Positions 1 through 11,399 of a stretch of 20,000 bases of DNA are shown here, in pieces. The notes beneath the pieces are model-generated. The model worked only from the letters and a program-made list of their open reading frames with translations, was not told the DNA's origin and did not search any database. A program made the translations under genes and the position numbers. How positions within the stretch are numbered: position 1 is the first letter of the stretch; each line of letters begins with the position of its first letter. This DNA comes from Veleropilina oligotropha (lineage: Eukaryota): NCBI GenBank assembly GCA_048128005.1, contig JBEUKZ010000105.1, positions 51,485-71,484 on the forward strand. Direction: 5' to 3'.

Positions 1-512
1 CCACAGGGGCATGTAACGCTCCTTATCGTTCGTCTGTTACCGTTTGACGATTAGCGCAGTTCACTGTTACTATATAATATCGATAAATGTCTCGACAACT
101 TCCAATTCACAGTCCAGCTCCATAAATTTAACAGCGACTACAAATTCACAATCTATATTTTCAACATCAACGGAGCATCGAGCCCAGACAAAACAATGAT
201 CAGTGACGATAGGAACACGTGATGTAATATGGAAATTTGACGCTATTTTGAAATCTCTGTATATAAATATAAATAATAATAGCCATTTACAAATATTTAA
301 TTAAATATCTTATTGATTGTTACAAGACGTTTTGTTATTATTAATTTTAACGTTGTTAGGCTATAAGAACGACCTATATTAATGCGCAAGGATTTTATCA
401 CATCTGTGAAGAGGCAATTCGTGCGCAATTGTTGTTGGCGACAATGTTCGGATTTATATGCAGAAATACGATAATAAAACAAGTATTTCAACATAAATAT
501 CGTGAGTAATAA

Positions 513-708
513 ATAAAATACTACACTGGTTGTCGATAGATACCATTTTTACATGACTCGTATATGTCTGACGGTATCTAAACTCGCTTTTTACGTGACT
601 CGTATATGTCTGACGGTATCTAAACTCGCTTTCGCTCGTTTAGATACCGTCAGACATATACTCGTCACGTAAAAATGGTATCTATCGACAACCAGTGTAG
701 TATTCTAT
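513..708. mobile_element. Palindromic MITE-like element with internal 42-bp tandem duplication
   Basis: Left arm ATACTACACTGGTTGTCGATAGATACCATTTTTAC... is the near-perfect reverse complement of right arm ...GTAAAAATGGTATCTATCGACAACCAGTGTAGTAT. Centre is CTCGCTTTCGCTCG. 546-587 is repeated at 588-629. Confidence 0.8.
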
Positions 709-1510
709 ATATATACGTATTTCGTAATTGATATGGAAATAGTTGTGGACAGATACAGGCAGTAATACAACAAATTTGACCATAAAAATCCAGATTTGCA
801 GTTTGTTCATATTGTTTATTATTTAGATGTTTTCCCTTTTGAAATGGCGGTTCGCTATGATATGAAAAAACATCATTTGTTATTTTTCTAACACCACGTT
901 TTGCAATAAATAGAGTTTGTTTAAACGCGTCTTTGTAATTACTAGCCCATACTCTATTACAGTTCTTGACATTCAATTGAATAAGATATAATAAACAATT
1001 GTTCATCGACATAAAACAACTCATTTGGACTTTTTATGAGACGTGTTTCTTCTGAAATAACACGGTTTACAATTGAAAACATCTTGAGAAAAAAGCACGT
1101 AAGACACATGATCAATTGTTTTTTTATCATTGTCAAAAAATGAAACGAAATGTCAAATTAAGATATTTGTTGTGTTATGTGCAACGCCACTATAGATTTT
1201 ACTACTATAATATTAGCTTAAGTATAATTTTTAATAGGAATATCTGGTCAAGAACTGAATTCGTCGCAGATCGTCACGTTACTGTACTGTATTTGTCTTA
1301 GCATCGAGTTTTTGTTCATATAATATTATGTTCATTGTTTACGTGGATTCGAAGTCTGTTCGAAGCATATGGTATTCAATTATCTCCAGAAAACCAATAA
1401 TTGCCGCCATTTCGTTGCTTGCTATTGTTTGGATCGATGCTTAATGTCCCGATTTAACAACCTTGTTGTTCATGCCATATTGCAGCCGATAACCCGGGAT
1501 AGCTAACCTC

Positions 1511-1613
1511 CAGATAATACACTGACAACCTGAGCGTTATAAGCAATTAACAGACCGAACCACGGCGAGGCTGTTATGCTGCTAACGCCGTGGGGTGTCA
1601 GCTGTATTATCTG
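1511..1613. repeat. Degenerate ~100-bp inverted repeat (probable MITE remnant)
   Basis: CAGATAATACACTGACAACC...TAACAGACC pairs imperfectly with GGCTGTTATG...GTGTCAGCTGTATTATCTG. Confidence 0.55.
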
Positions 1614-1920
1614 TTATACACACCGTGGACATATATTGTAAATTGCAAGATGTAACCCCTTAAAACATTCAATTGCCTTCTAGAGCATGATATGAGAGTC
1701 GATTCTCCATTGGCAACTTGTCAAATCTATTATCTCTCAATTTAGTCTGACAATCTTGCCGAGTTAACCATTGTCTGGGAATAATGGGTCAATTAACACT
1801 TGGAGGCCTGTGTACGGACAACTAGATTTCTGTCATTCGTGGACAAAAGTCAAATATCCAACATGTTTGATAACTTCTGCGATGAATGAATGAAATATCT
1901 ACGTGTGCTCTGAACGAAAG

Positions 1921-2437
1921 CTAGGGTGCGCTCGAGACGCTGTCCAGAACGTGCTGGACCGACAGAACTGCACTCGAATGGTCGAGAACAATGTTCCTTC
2001 TGTTCCAGCCAGCGAGGCGGTACAGCGGGAACAGTGATGTCACCCATCATGTGAAACTCAATTTAAACTTCCATCTCAATGTCTTGCAAAGTAAATAACA
2101 TCTTCCTGCAAAAGTTTTTTAATACGATAGCAGAAATATGAATTTTGCAATACTTATTTGACATTTTGGAATCAAATTAGACGCGAATTTTTGTAGATGA
2201 CATTTTTTTAAATTGCCGGGCGCTATATATATATATATATATTTGTGACGACATTGTACCTATTTTTACATGTTATTTAATAATAATAAAGCTAAATATT
2301 GTTTTTGAATATATTTTACATCAATGCAGCCATTGTCCACTTGTGCGCATGTCTGAACAACTGTTCCTGTGCGGAATCATTCGAAATACAGGACAGACAG
2401 AACATGTTCTGGACAGGCGTCTCGAGCACACCCCTAG
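1921..2437. mobile_element. Non-autonomous DNA transposon (MITE) with ~35-bp TIRs, hAT-like TAGGG termini
   Basis: Left CTAGGGTGCGCTCGAGACGCTGTCCAGAAC versus reverse complement of right end CTAGGGGTGTGCTCGAGACGCCTGTCCAGAAC. No intact 8-bp TSD seen. Contains (TA)n at 2224-2242. Confidence 0.7.
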
Positions 2438-2539
2438 TTGCAAATTGTCACGAATGAAATTTTGCTGAGCTTATAGCTTAAGTGTGCGCCTGGCTTTAGA
2501 TACATTTCATTATTCAATACTCTTTACAAGTGCATTGAG

Positions 2540-2797
2540 GGCTGCTCCCACAGTCGTGTGGTTTCGGCTGCAGACTCTGAAAAATCACTGGTTTGATTCC
2601 ACTGACATGAACAGTAATGGATTCGAACCACGGTTGGGACATGACATTATTTGTTCAAGCTATGAATCATAGTTGTCTGAGAGGGCGGGTTTACCCGGGC
2701 GACTGGGCTATCCTCCTGCGACAATATGGACATATCCTGATTTGAACATTATTGGTTGGAAATATACAGGACATTTAGCATCGGTCCTTTCCTTCTA
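2540..2797 (+). mobile_element. tRNA-derived SINE, copy 1 (Meta-domain-like core)
   Basis: B-box-like GGATTCGAACC and core GGGCGGGTTTACCCGGGCGACTGGGCTATCCTCC. Alignable end to end with the reverse complement of 7338-7566. Confidence 0.7.
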
Positions 2798-2929
2798 TAT
2801 CTCCTGTATTCCTCTACTTCCATTTCCGAATATAAATGATTTCCATCACTAGTATCCAAAGTAGACTCTAACGACAAACTAATACAGCTAATAAACGAGC
2901 ATTGCTCATGTGAATCATCACAATAGGAA

Positions 2930-5735
2930 GACTATCATTATGAACAGTCCCGCATATCTGGACGACTATCAGCATGAACAGTCACGCATATCTGGATGAC
3001 TATCAGCATGAACAGTCACGCATATCTGGATGACTATCAGCATGAACAGTAACGCATATCTGGATGACTATCAGCATGAACAGTCACGCATATCTGGATG
3101 ACTATCAGCATGAACAGTCACGCATATCTGGATGATTATCATTATGAACAGTCACGCATATCTGGATGACTATCAACATGAACAGTCACGCATATCTGGA
3201 TGACTATCAGCATGAACAGTCACGCATATCTGGATGACTATCATTATGAACAGTCACGCATATCTGGATGACTATCAGCATGAACAGTAACGCATATCTG
3301 GATGACTATCGCCATGAACAGTCACGCATATCTGGATGACTATCCGCATGAACAGTCACGCATATCTGGTTGACTATCAGCATGAACAGTAACGCATATC
3401 TGGATGACTATCGCCATGAACAGTCACGCATATCTGGATGACTATCAGCATGAACAGTCACGCATAATTGGATGACTATCAGCATGAACAGTAACGCATA
3501 TATGGATGACTATCAGCATGAACAGTCACGCATATCTGGACGACTATCAGCATGAACAGTCACGCATATCTGGATGACTATCTGCATGAACAGTCACGCA
3601 TATCTGGATGACTATCAGCAAGAACAGGTACCCATATCTGGATGACTATCAGCATGAACAGGTACCCATATCTCGATGATTATCAGCATGAACAGTCACG
3701 CATATCTGAATGACTATCAGTATGAACAGTCACGCATATCTGGATGACTATCAGCATGAACAGTCACACATATCTGGATGACTATCAGCAAGAACAGTCA
3801 CCCATACCTGGATGACTATCAGCATGAACAGTCACACATATCTGGATGACTATCAGCATGAACAGGTACCCATATCTGGATGACTATCAGCATGAACAGT
3901 CACGCATATCTGGGCGACTATCAGCATAAACAGTCACGCATATCTGGATGACTATCAGCATGAACAGTCACGCATATCTGGACGACTACCAGCATGAACA
4001 GTCACATCGATCTGGATGACTATCAGCATGCACAGTCACGCATATCGGGATGTCTATGAGCATGAACAGTCACGCATATCTGGATGACTATCAGTATGAA
4101 CAGTCACGCACATCTGGATGACTATCAGCATGAACAGTCACATCGATCTGGATGACTATCAGTATGAACAGTCACGCATATCTGGATGACTATCAGTATG
4201 AACAGTCACGCACATCTGGATGACTATCAGCATGAACAGTCACATCGATCTGGATGACTATCAGTATGAACAGTCACGCATATCTGGATGACTATCAGCA
4301 TGAACAGTCACGCATATCTCGATGACTATCAGTATGAACAGTCACGCATATCGGGATGTCTATGAGCATGAACAGTCACGCATATCTGGATGACTATCAG
4401 CATGAACAGTCACGCATATCTGGATGACTATCAGTATGAACAGTCACGCATATCGGGATGTCTATGAGCATGAACAGTCACGCATATCTGGATGACTATC
4501 AGCATGAACAGTCACGCATATCTGGATGATTATCAGCATGAACAGTCACGCATATCTGGATGACTATCAGCATGAACAGTAACGCATATCTGGATGACTA
4601 TCACCATTAACAGTCACGCATATCTGGATGACTATCACCATTAACAGTCACACATATCTGGATGACTATCAGCATGAACAGGTACCCATATCTGGATGAC
4701 TATCAGCATGAACAGTCACGCATATCTGGGCGACTATCAGCATAAACAGTCACGCATATCTGGATGACTATCAGCATGAACAGTCACGCATATCTGGACG
4801 ACTACCAGCATGAACAGTCACATCGATCTGGATGACTATCAGCATGCACAGTCACGCATATCGGGATGTCTATGAGCATGAACAGTCACGCATATCTGGA
4901 TGAATATCAGCAAGAACAGTCACGCATATCCGGATGACTATCAGCAAGAACAGTCACGCATATCTGGATGACTATCATTATGAACAGTCACGCATATCTG
5001 GACGACTATCAGCATGAACAGTCACGTATATCTGGATGACTATCTGCATGAACAGTCACGCATATCTGGACGACTATCAGCATGAACAGTCACGCATATC
5101 TGGATAACTATCATTATGAACAGTCACGCATATCTGGATGTCTATCATTATGAACAGTCACGCATATCGGGTTGACTATGAACATGAACAGTCACGCATA
5201 TCTGGATGACTATCAGTATGAACAGTCACGCACATCTGGATGACTATCAGTATGACACAGTCACGCATATCTGGATGACTATCAGCATGAAAAGTCACGC
5301 ATGTCTGGACGACTATCAGCATGAACAGTCACGCATATCTGGATGACTACCAGCATGAACAGTCACGCACATCTGGACGACTATCAGCATGAACAGGTAC
5401 CCATATCTCGATGATTATCAGCATGAACAGTCACGCATATCTGGATAACTATCATTATGAACAGTCACGCATATCTGGATGTCTATCATTATGAACAGTC
5501 ACGCATATCCTGATGACTAGCAGCATGAACAGTCACATCGATCTGGATGACTATCAGCATGAACAGTCACGCATATCGGGATGACTATCTGCATGAACAG
5601 TCATGCATATCTGGATGACTATCAGCATGAACAGTCACGCATATCTGGATGACTATCAACATGAACAGTCACGCATATCTGGATGACTATCAGCATGAAC
5701 AGTCACGCATATCTGGATGAATATCAGCATGAACA
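2930..5735. repeat. 34-bp minisatellite, ~82 copies
   Basis: Consensus GACTATCAGCATGAACAGTCACGCATATCTGGAT. Period 34 (e.g. 3001/3035). Head-to-tail with no spacers. Confidence 0.98.
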
Positions 5736-6199
5736 TTTGGAACAATAGTTGTTTCTCGCTATAAATTAAATTACAAAGAGTGCATTTAAATATCAGCAAA
5801 AGTCGTGTCATTACGTAAGTAATCTTTTGCTTACCTGATGTAAATATTTGTGTCCAAAAGTGAAACATCGGTATTATTACTTAAAAGTCAAGAAAATTAA
5901 CATTTCACTTAATTCAGCGCCAATTGACGCGTACTGTAACTGTTTCTAATGGAGAGGAATAAGGAAGGTCTTTTTAAATTTGACACAGCATCAGGATAGC
6001 GAAAGATAATGGATAGTGAAGTGTATGATATGTACTCAACAAATGACATATCGTAAGAAAGATATCTGTAATCTTATATAGCTCACCTCATGCAAATATT
6101 AAAACAAAAAGCTTTACTAAAAGTCTACAAAGGATTTTAACTCCTGGTCCTTCCATGGCAACCAGTGTGCTTAACGTCTCGGCGGGCACTCTTTAAAAA

Positions 6200-6375
6200 A
6201 TTACATCTGTCCATAGCTGGCGATGATGACGGGTTTTTCCGGGCGACCCGGGCATTCATAGCTGGCGATGATGACGGGTTTTTCCGGGCGACCCGGGCAT
6301 TCCCTTCGCGATAGTATGGACATGTCGGGATATGAACGTAAAGGATGTTAAAACTGAGCTTTAAGTGTTGATCCA
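6200..6375 (+). mobile_element. SINE core fragment related to the 2540/7338 family, with exact 45-bp tandem duplication
   Basis: GGGTTTTTCCGGGCGACCCGGGCATTCCCTTCGCGATAGTATGGACATGTC resembles the core of copy 1. 6212-6256 is identical to 6257-6301. Confidence 0.55.
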
Positions 6376-7337
6376 AGAATTTGTTCAAGTACCATAGAGC
6401 TTATTTACTTATACCAATATAATGATTTAAATAAAATTCTCTGTTAATAATAATAATAATGTGAAGATTTATCTGCGCTTTCACATATGAGATGCGTGCT
6501 CAAAGCGCTTACATTATTGTAATAATGTAATAATGTAATATTGTAATAACAATAATGACCATCATATTATCAAGTTAATGTCTTAATTCTAGCGTCATAT
6601 GTTTTAATGTACCTCATTTGTGTATAACGTTTTATTATTCAACGACATAAGATATAAAGTGTTGGTGAATGTTTTACTCATTTTTTTTAGTAACGAAATG
6701 CTTTTTAAAGTGTAAGAGCGATACTATGGCCCGAATTCATAAAAGCATTTTAACGTGCATGCAGTTATAACCCGATTATCTTTTACACGGCAGATAAAAC
6801 AATATTGTCCGCGGACATCTAAACGAATGTCATGCTGCAGTGCAATTCATAAAGCTGAAATATACAATTATGATGGACGTGTATTTGGAGCGTGTCTAAA
6901 GTTCGTATTTCGGAGACAATGTCGGGAGAGAAGAGAGGCGACAATATTTCGTACGACCAGCGAATGGGCCTGATTGATGCAGTTAAAGATGCTGAACCAG
7001 AATCAGTCCCGTAAAATGGGACTTGACGCCATTTAATCTGACACTCTTTGTACATGATCTTTGCATAAAAGTTATGATCATATCTTGAAATAAATTTAAG
7101 ATATATTAATATATATTGTAAATGTCGATATTGAATTAAAAGCGCGCGACATTGCCATCGTCTATTACTAATCTCAAAATTTAACTTTTTAGATATGATA
7201 ATCTCAAAACTATCATAACGTTATGCAAAGAATACACACATAAATTGTCAAATTAAATGAACTGATTCGGGTTCAGCACCTTTGCATAAAAAGTTGTAGA
7301 AGATAGAGAGGTGACGCGCCAGCTAACTACAGAAGAA

Positions 7338-7566
7338 AGGAGAGGATCTATGTTTAATGTCCTATATATATCCAGCCATAATTTGGTTCAAAGCAGGACT
7401 TGCCCGGGGAAACCCGCCCTCTCTGACCAGTTACGGACAATTGTGACTCATAACAAATGTGTGATGTCTCTTCCGAGGTTTGAGCCCACTACTATTCGCG
7501 TCAGCGGAATCAACTCAGTGATTTTTCGTAGTCCACAACCGAAACCACACGACTGTCGAAGCGGCC
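7338..7566 (-). mobile_element. tRNA-derived SINE, copy 2, inserted in the Harbinger remnant
   Basis: Homologous to 2540-2797. Flanked by TSD TA(A/T)CTACAGAAGAA at 7324-7337 and 7567-7580. Confidence 0.8.
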
Positions 7567-7689
7567 TATCTACAGAAGAATTAACGAGAGTTGTGGAGGA
7601 TGAGGAAAACGAAGAGAGCAGAAAATCTATCTTCGAAAACAAGTATTAGTCTGCTAGAAATTTCGCGAATAGCTGGAATAATTGTTCTT

Positions 7690-8130
7690 CAAACACCAGA
7701 TGCTCACGTGTTGAACCATACCCTCTTTAAACGACATTCATAAGAATATATCTGTGAACACACTGACACAAATTGGTTATTGAGAACGTAATATGGCAAA
7801 TATGGCACCAAGACTTACAACTGCTAAATGGAAGCAACCAATAGCGCCTACGTTGCCAGTAAATTGAATAATATCGTAGAAGCCTCCAGTAACGACTCTT
7901 CTTTATTGTGGTGTGTCAGGTACATAAATAAGGTGCCTCCCCCTTGTGGGGTGTCAGGTACATAAAATAAGGTGCCTTCTCCGCACAAATTGTTATAGTG
8001 GCGCGTAGAACAGCACAGCAACAGGTAGGCTGGGAAACTCCACACATGTTCACAATATCCACCTGAAACGATGCTGTCGTATAAACTGTAACTGACTTCT
8101 TTTGTTATTTGATCGCAGATGGTTAAAATT
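7690..8130 (-). pseudogene. Harbinger (HARBI1-like DDE) transposase remnant
   Basis: Frameshifted pieces in the expected order: YTTASFQVDIVNMCGVSQPTCC (cf. YATGSFQ..GD..GVSQ.TVS), GFYDIIQFTGNVGAIGCFHLAV (cf. FPGVIGAIDGTHI), MNVV*RGYGSTRE (cf. NVVARWPGSTHD). 38-bp tandem duplication at 7906-7982. Confidence 0.65.
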
Positions 8131-9853
8131 TGATCGTGTTGTAGTGTAAATAGGCGATGATCGCGCGATTACTATTTTTACACGAGTGTAAAAGTTAACA
8201 CCTTTATGAAGTCTGTGCTATTTAAGTGTAAGGACACTATAGCTTTACGCTTAAGAACATTATATCCTTAAGTTTAAGGAAACTATAAATGAATATTAAG
8301 TTTAATGGAGCCATATATTTAACCTTATGGACGTTGTGTCTTTCAGTATAATAATGGCATGTCGCCTGTCGTTATTGCATCGTGGCACGTCTATAGAAAC
8401 CAGACAGCACGTGTACTATTCGTAGCTTTTACTTTTACCGAACCAAAGGAAAGCAAGACGCGACATTGATCTCGCGATAAATAATTGATTATCTGGAAAG
8501 TGGTCATAAATTGGCCATTTTGTGCATGTTCTTATCTCCGTGTAAATGAGCTGATATTTAATACAAAATTTCACGCTAAGTGACGAAACTATTTCCAATT
8601 AGTCATGGACAAATAGCCAATGAAATGCCTCCAGCAATTCCGATCTATTCTTTGATAGCAGTGATGCACAGCGACGGAATCACGGCAGCTGGGTCAATTC
8701 AACTGAAGAATTGTAAAATAATACCGTTGGTTATAATAAATATACAGTTTAATGGTCGCTAGAAGAAGTATATTGCTGATATAAAATGTCAGCAAACGTT
8801 TACATAGCTCAAGGAGACTAATCAATACGATATTTTATATGATTTGTCGTTAATGGCATATCGTTAACGGTGAAGTTTCTTAGAGTACATTGATATATTG
8901 TAACAAAAATTCAACGAAGCGTTCTTATACAACTGTACATGGTATATAATTGAAATGAAATTAATATCAGACATAATAAGCACAACAGACCAATTAGCAA
9001 TAATACTGTCATATCATATAAACAATTTTGGTGAAAGTGCACTTTTAAAATGCTTAAATCATTAAATGTTACGAGATTCTTCTTCCCTTGGCTCAATCTT
9101 CCGTAGCGACGTTGAATTTGATCATCGGCAGACTGGTCCACTATTTGGTGGTGTTTTCTTGGTACCGCGTCATTGGCTGGTCTCTTCGAACTTCGCTTCC
9201 TTTCATCTTGTCATGTATTTTCGCTCTTGTAAGATGGCGACCGCCCTATCGGCACGCGGGGCTACAGAAAGCGAGTTTCTGTTTGCGAACATCGTTTAAA
9301 AGTTTGTGTGTTGTGTGTTGTCAGGAGCTACTTGAGAATACTTTGATCGGTTCGACGTTCTTGTCGTACTCCGTTTTTATGTGGTCGCTATTCCATCGTA
9401 CCACTGCTGTTTGGTTGATGCAGAGCGACCAGTGCCGTTAAATGCCGTGAATATTCCATCTTTTGCATAATCCCAAAATGATGTGAATATGGCTGATGCT
9501 GTCAAAAGCTTTACTGTATTATGATGAGTGCTCCACTAGTCATTTCATTCAGTTTCTCTATCAGGACCTGTGAACCACTGCTGTTTGATCGACCAGTGCC
9601 GTTAAATGCCGTGAATATTCCACCTTTTGCATAATCCCAAAATGATGTGAATATGGCTGACGCTGTCAAAAGATTTACTGTATTATGATTAGTGCTCCAC
9701 TAGTCATGTCATTCAGTTTCTCTATCAGGACCTGTGAACCACTGCTCTTTGATTGATGCAGAGCGACCAGTGCCGTTAAATGCCGTGAATATTCCATATT
9801 TTGCATAATCCCAAAATGATGTGAATATGGCTGACGCTGTCAAAAGCTTTACT

Positions 9854-10930
9854 TAAATAGACTTAAATAGAATTTGTTTGGGTTTAGAAAGTGCATTTCT
9901 GCAACTCATATAAAAACCCATTTTGGTAGCTCGGTCATCTATAGCCTTCCCTGTCTCTTAAAGTGCTCATCCAAACGATTTTTAAATTGATTTACTGATG
10001 TGGACTCCACCACCTTGACAGGAAGGGCATTCCACTCATCTACAACTCGGTTTGAGAAAAAGTATTTTCTAACATCTAGCCTGACCCTCTTTTTGTAAAT
10101 CTGGAACTTATGCCCCCTTGTTTTATTATGGTTCAACTGGAAAAAATAACTAATATCGAGATTGTCTTTTCCTGTAAACATTTTAAATACTTGAATCATG
10201 TCACCTCTTATCCTACGCAACGTTAATGTTGTAAGATCAAGGCTTCTGAGCCTATCCTCATATGTCAACTCTCTGATTTCACCTACCAATTTTGTGGCTC
10301 TCCTTTGTACTTGTTCCAATAGTTGGATATCCTTTGAGAGGTATGGATTCCATGCTTGCACCGCATATTCTAAATGTGGTCTAACCAGTTGCTTGTATAA
10401 ACGTGTTATGATGCCTTTTGACTTAAAAGTAAAATTACGCTTTATCATTCCTAATATTTGGTTTCCCTTTTTAGCTGCTTCGATACATTGATTTGATGGT
10501 TTCAGTGAATTATCAATCCATACACCCAAATCTTTCTCTTTTGTCACTACTTCTAGGTCATCTCCTCCCATTTTATAACAATATTTTTTGTTTTTGTGAC
10601 CCACATGCATTACCTTACATTTGGTTGTATTGAAAAGCATTTGCCAGTCATCGGACCACTTAACCAGATTATTTAGATCGGTCTGAAGTTTCCTTGCATC
10701 TTGTTCAGTTTCTATTATTCTGTAAAGTTTAGTGTCGTCAGCAAACTTTTTCACTAGAGATGTAATAGCGCCATCAATGTCATTCAAGTAGATTAGAAAT
10801 AGCAATGGACCCAAGACCGAGCCTTGAGGGACTCCACTTAATACACTCTCCCATTTTGACTTAACCCCATTTACAACAACTCTCTGCTTTCTATTCTGTA
10901 ACCACATTTCTATCCACGTCAATATTGGTC
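9854..10930 (-). mobile_element. 5'-truncated CR1-clade LINE
   Basis: Uninterrupted RT frame, short 3' UTR ending in (TCTATTTAAG)2 on the - strand, and 7-bp TSD CTTTACT at 9847-9853 and 10931-10937. Confidence 0.93.
9939..10922 (-). CDS. CR1-type non-LTR reverse transcriptase, C-terminal part of ORF2 (truncated; the start is not a real initiation codon)
   Basis: Motifs SGVPQGSVLGPLLFLIYLNDI, FADDTKLY, KDLGV, LVRPHLEYA, TRGHKF...FFSNRVVDEWNALP. Confidence 0.92.
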   Translation of the reverse strand: MTWIEMWLQNRKQRVVVNGVKSKWESVLSGVPQGSVLGPLLFLIYLNDIDGAITSLVKKFADDTKLYRIIETEQDARKLQTDLNNLVKWSDDWQMLFNTTKCKVMHVGHKNKKYCYKMGGDDLEVVTKEKDLGVWIDNSLKPSNQCIEAAKKGNQILGMIKRNFTFKSKGIITRLYKQLVRPHLEYAVQAWNPYLSKDIQLLEQVQRRATKLVGEIRELTYEDRLRSLDLTTLTLRRIRGDMIQVFKMFTGKDNLDISYFFQLNHNKTRGHKFQIYKKRVRLDVRKYFFSNRVVDEWNALPVKVVESTSVNQFKNRLDEHFKRQGRL

Positions 10931-11399
10931 CTTTACTGTATTATGATGAGTGCTCCACTAGTCATTTCATTCAGTTTCTCTATCAGGACCTGTGAACCAC
11001 TGCTGTTTGATTGATGCAGAGCGACCAGTGCCGTTAAATGCCGTGAATATTCCATCTTTTGCATAATCCCAAAATGATGTGAATATGGCTGACGCCGTCA
11101 AAGCTTTACTGTATTATGATGAGTGCTCCACTAGTCATTTCGTTCAGTTTCTCTATCAGGACCTGTGAACCACTGCTGTTTGATTGATGCAGAGCGACCA
11201 GTGCCGTTAAATGCCGTGAATATTCCATCTTTTGCATAATCCCAAAATGATGTGAATATGGCTGACGCTGTCAAAAGCTTTACTGTATTATGATGAGTGC
11301 TCCACTAGACATGTCATTCAGTTTCTCTATCAGGATCTGTACTCATGAACTCATGAACCATGTCTATGATTATTCCTCATACGATGTAGAAGGGGTGTA

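Larger units (their letters stand above)
6728..8218. mobile_element. Decayed PIF/Harbinger DNA transposon
   Basis: Degenerate TIRs GGCCCGAATTCATAAAAG / rc GCACAGACTTCATAAAGG (13/18) with TAT on both flanks. Transposase remnants on the - strand. Possible Myb/SANT-like start on + (MSGEKRGDNISYDQRMGLIDAVKD at ~6919; weak). Confidence 0.55.
9401..11340. repeat. ~174-bp tandem repeat, 5 copies (third split by CR1)
   Basis: Units start at 9401, 9575, 9739, 10997 and 11170. Copy 2 has a 10-bp deletion. Copy 3 = 9739-9853 + 10931-10996. Confidence 0.95.
9066..11375 (-). mobile_element. Degenerate RTE-clade LINE, 3' portion (RT N-part and C-terminus), interrupted by tandem amplification and a CR1 insertion
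   Basis: - strand pieces QVLIEKLNEM..ALII / YSKAFDSVSH / IMQKMEYSRHLTALV / NQTAVVRWNSDH. After a deletion: KLLNDVRKQKLAF...KMKG...RYQENTTK*WTSL..., resembling RTE ORF termini. Confidence 0.7.

Noticed and set aside
297..1301. Short AT-rich ORFs of 60-120 aa
   Set aside because: No recognisable motifs or splice-consistent structure; consistent with chance ORFs.
2930..5735. CRISPR array (34-bp repeats)
   Set aside because: Units are contiguous with no unique spacers, there are no cas genes, and the context is a spliced eukaryotic locus.
6137..6388. 83-aa ORF with repeated NARVARKNPSSSPAM
   Set aside because: By-product of a 45-bp duplication in a SINE fragment.
10198..10491. 97-aa + strand ORF
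   Set aside because: Antisense shadow of the CR1 RT.
9939..10922. Retron, DGR or group II intron RT associated with repeats
   Set aside because: Motifs, 3' tail and TSD are those of a CR1 LINE. The flanking repeats are an interrupted pre-existing tandem array.
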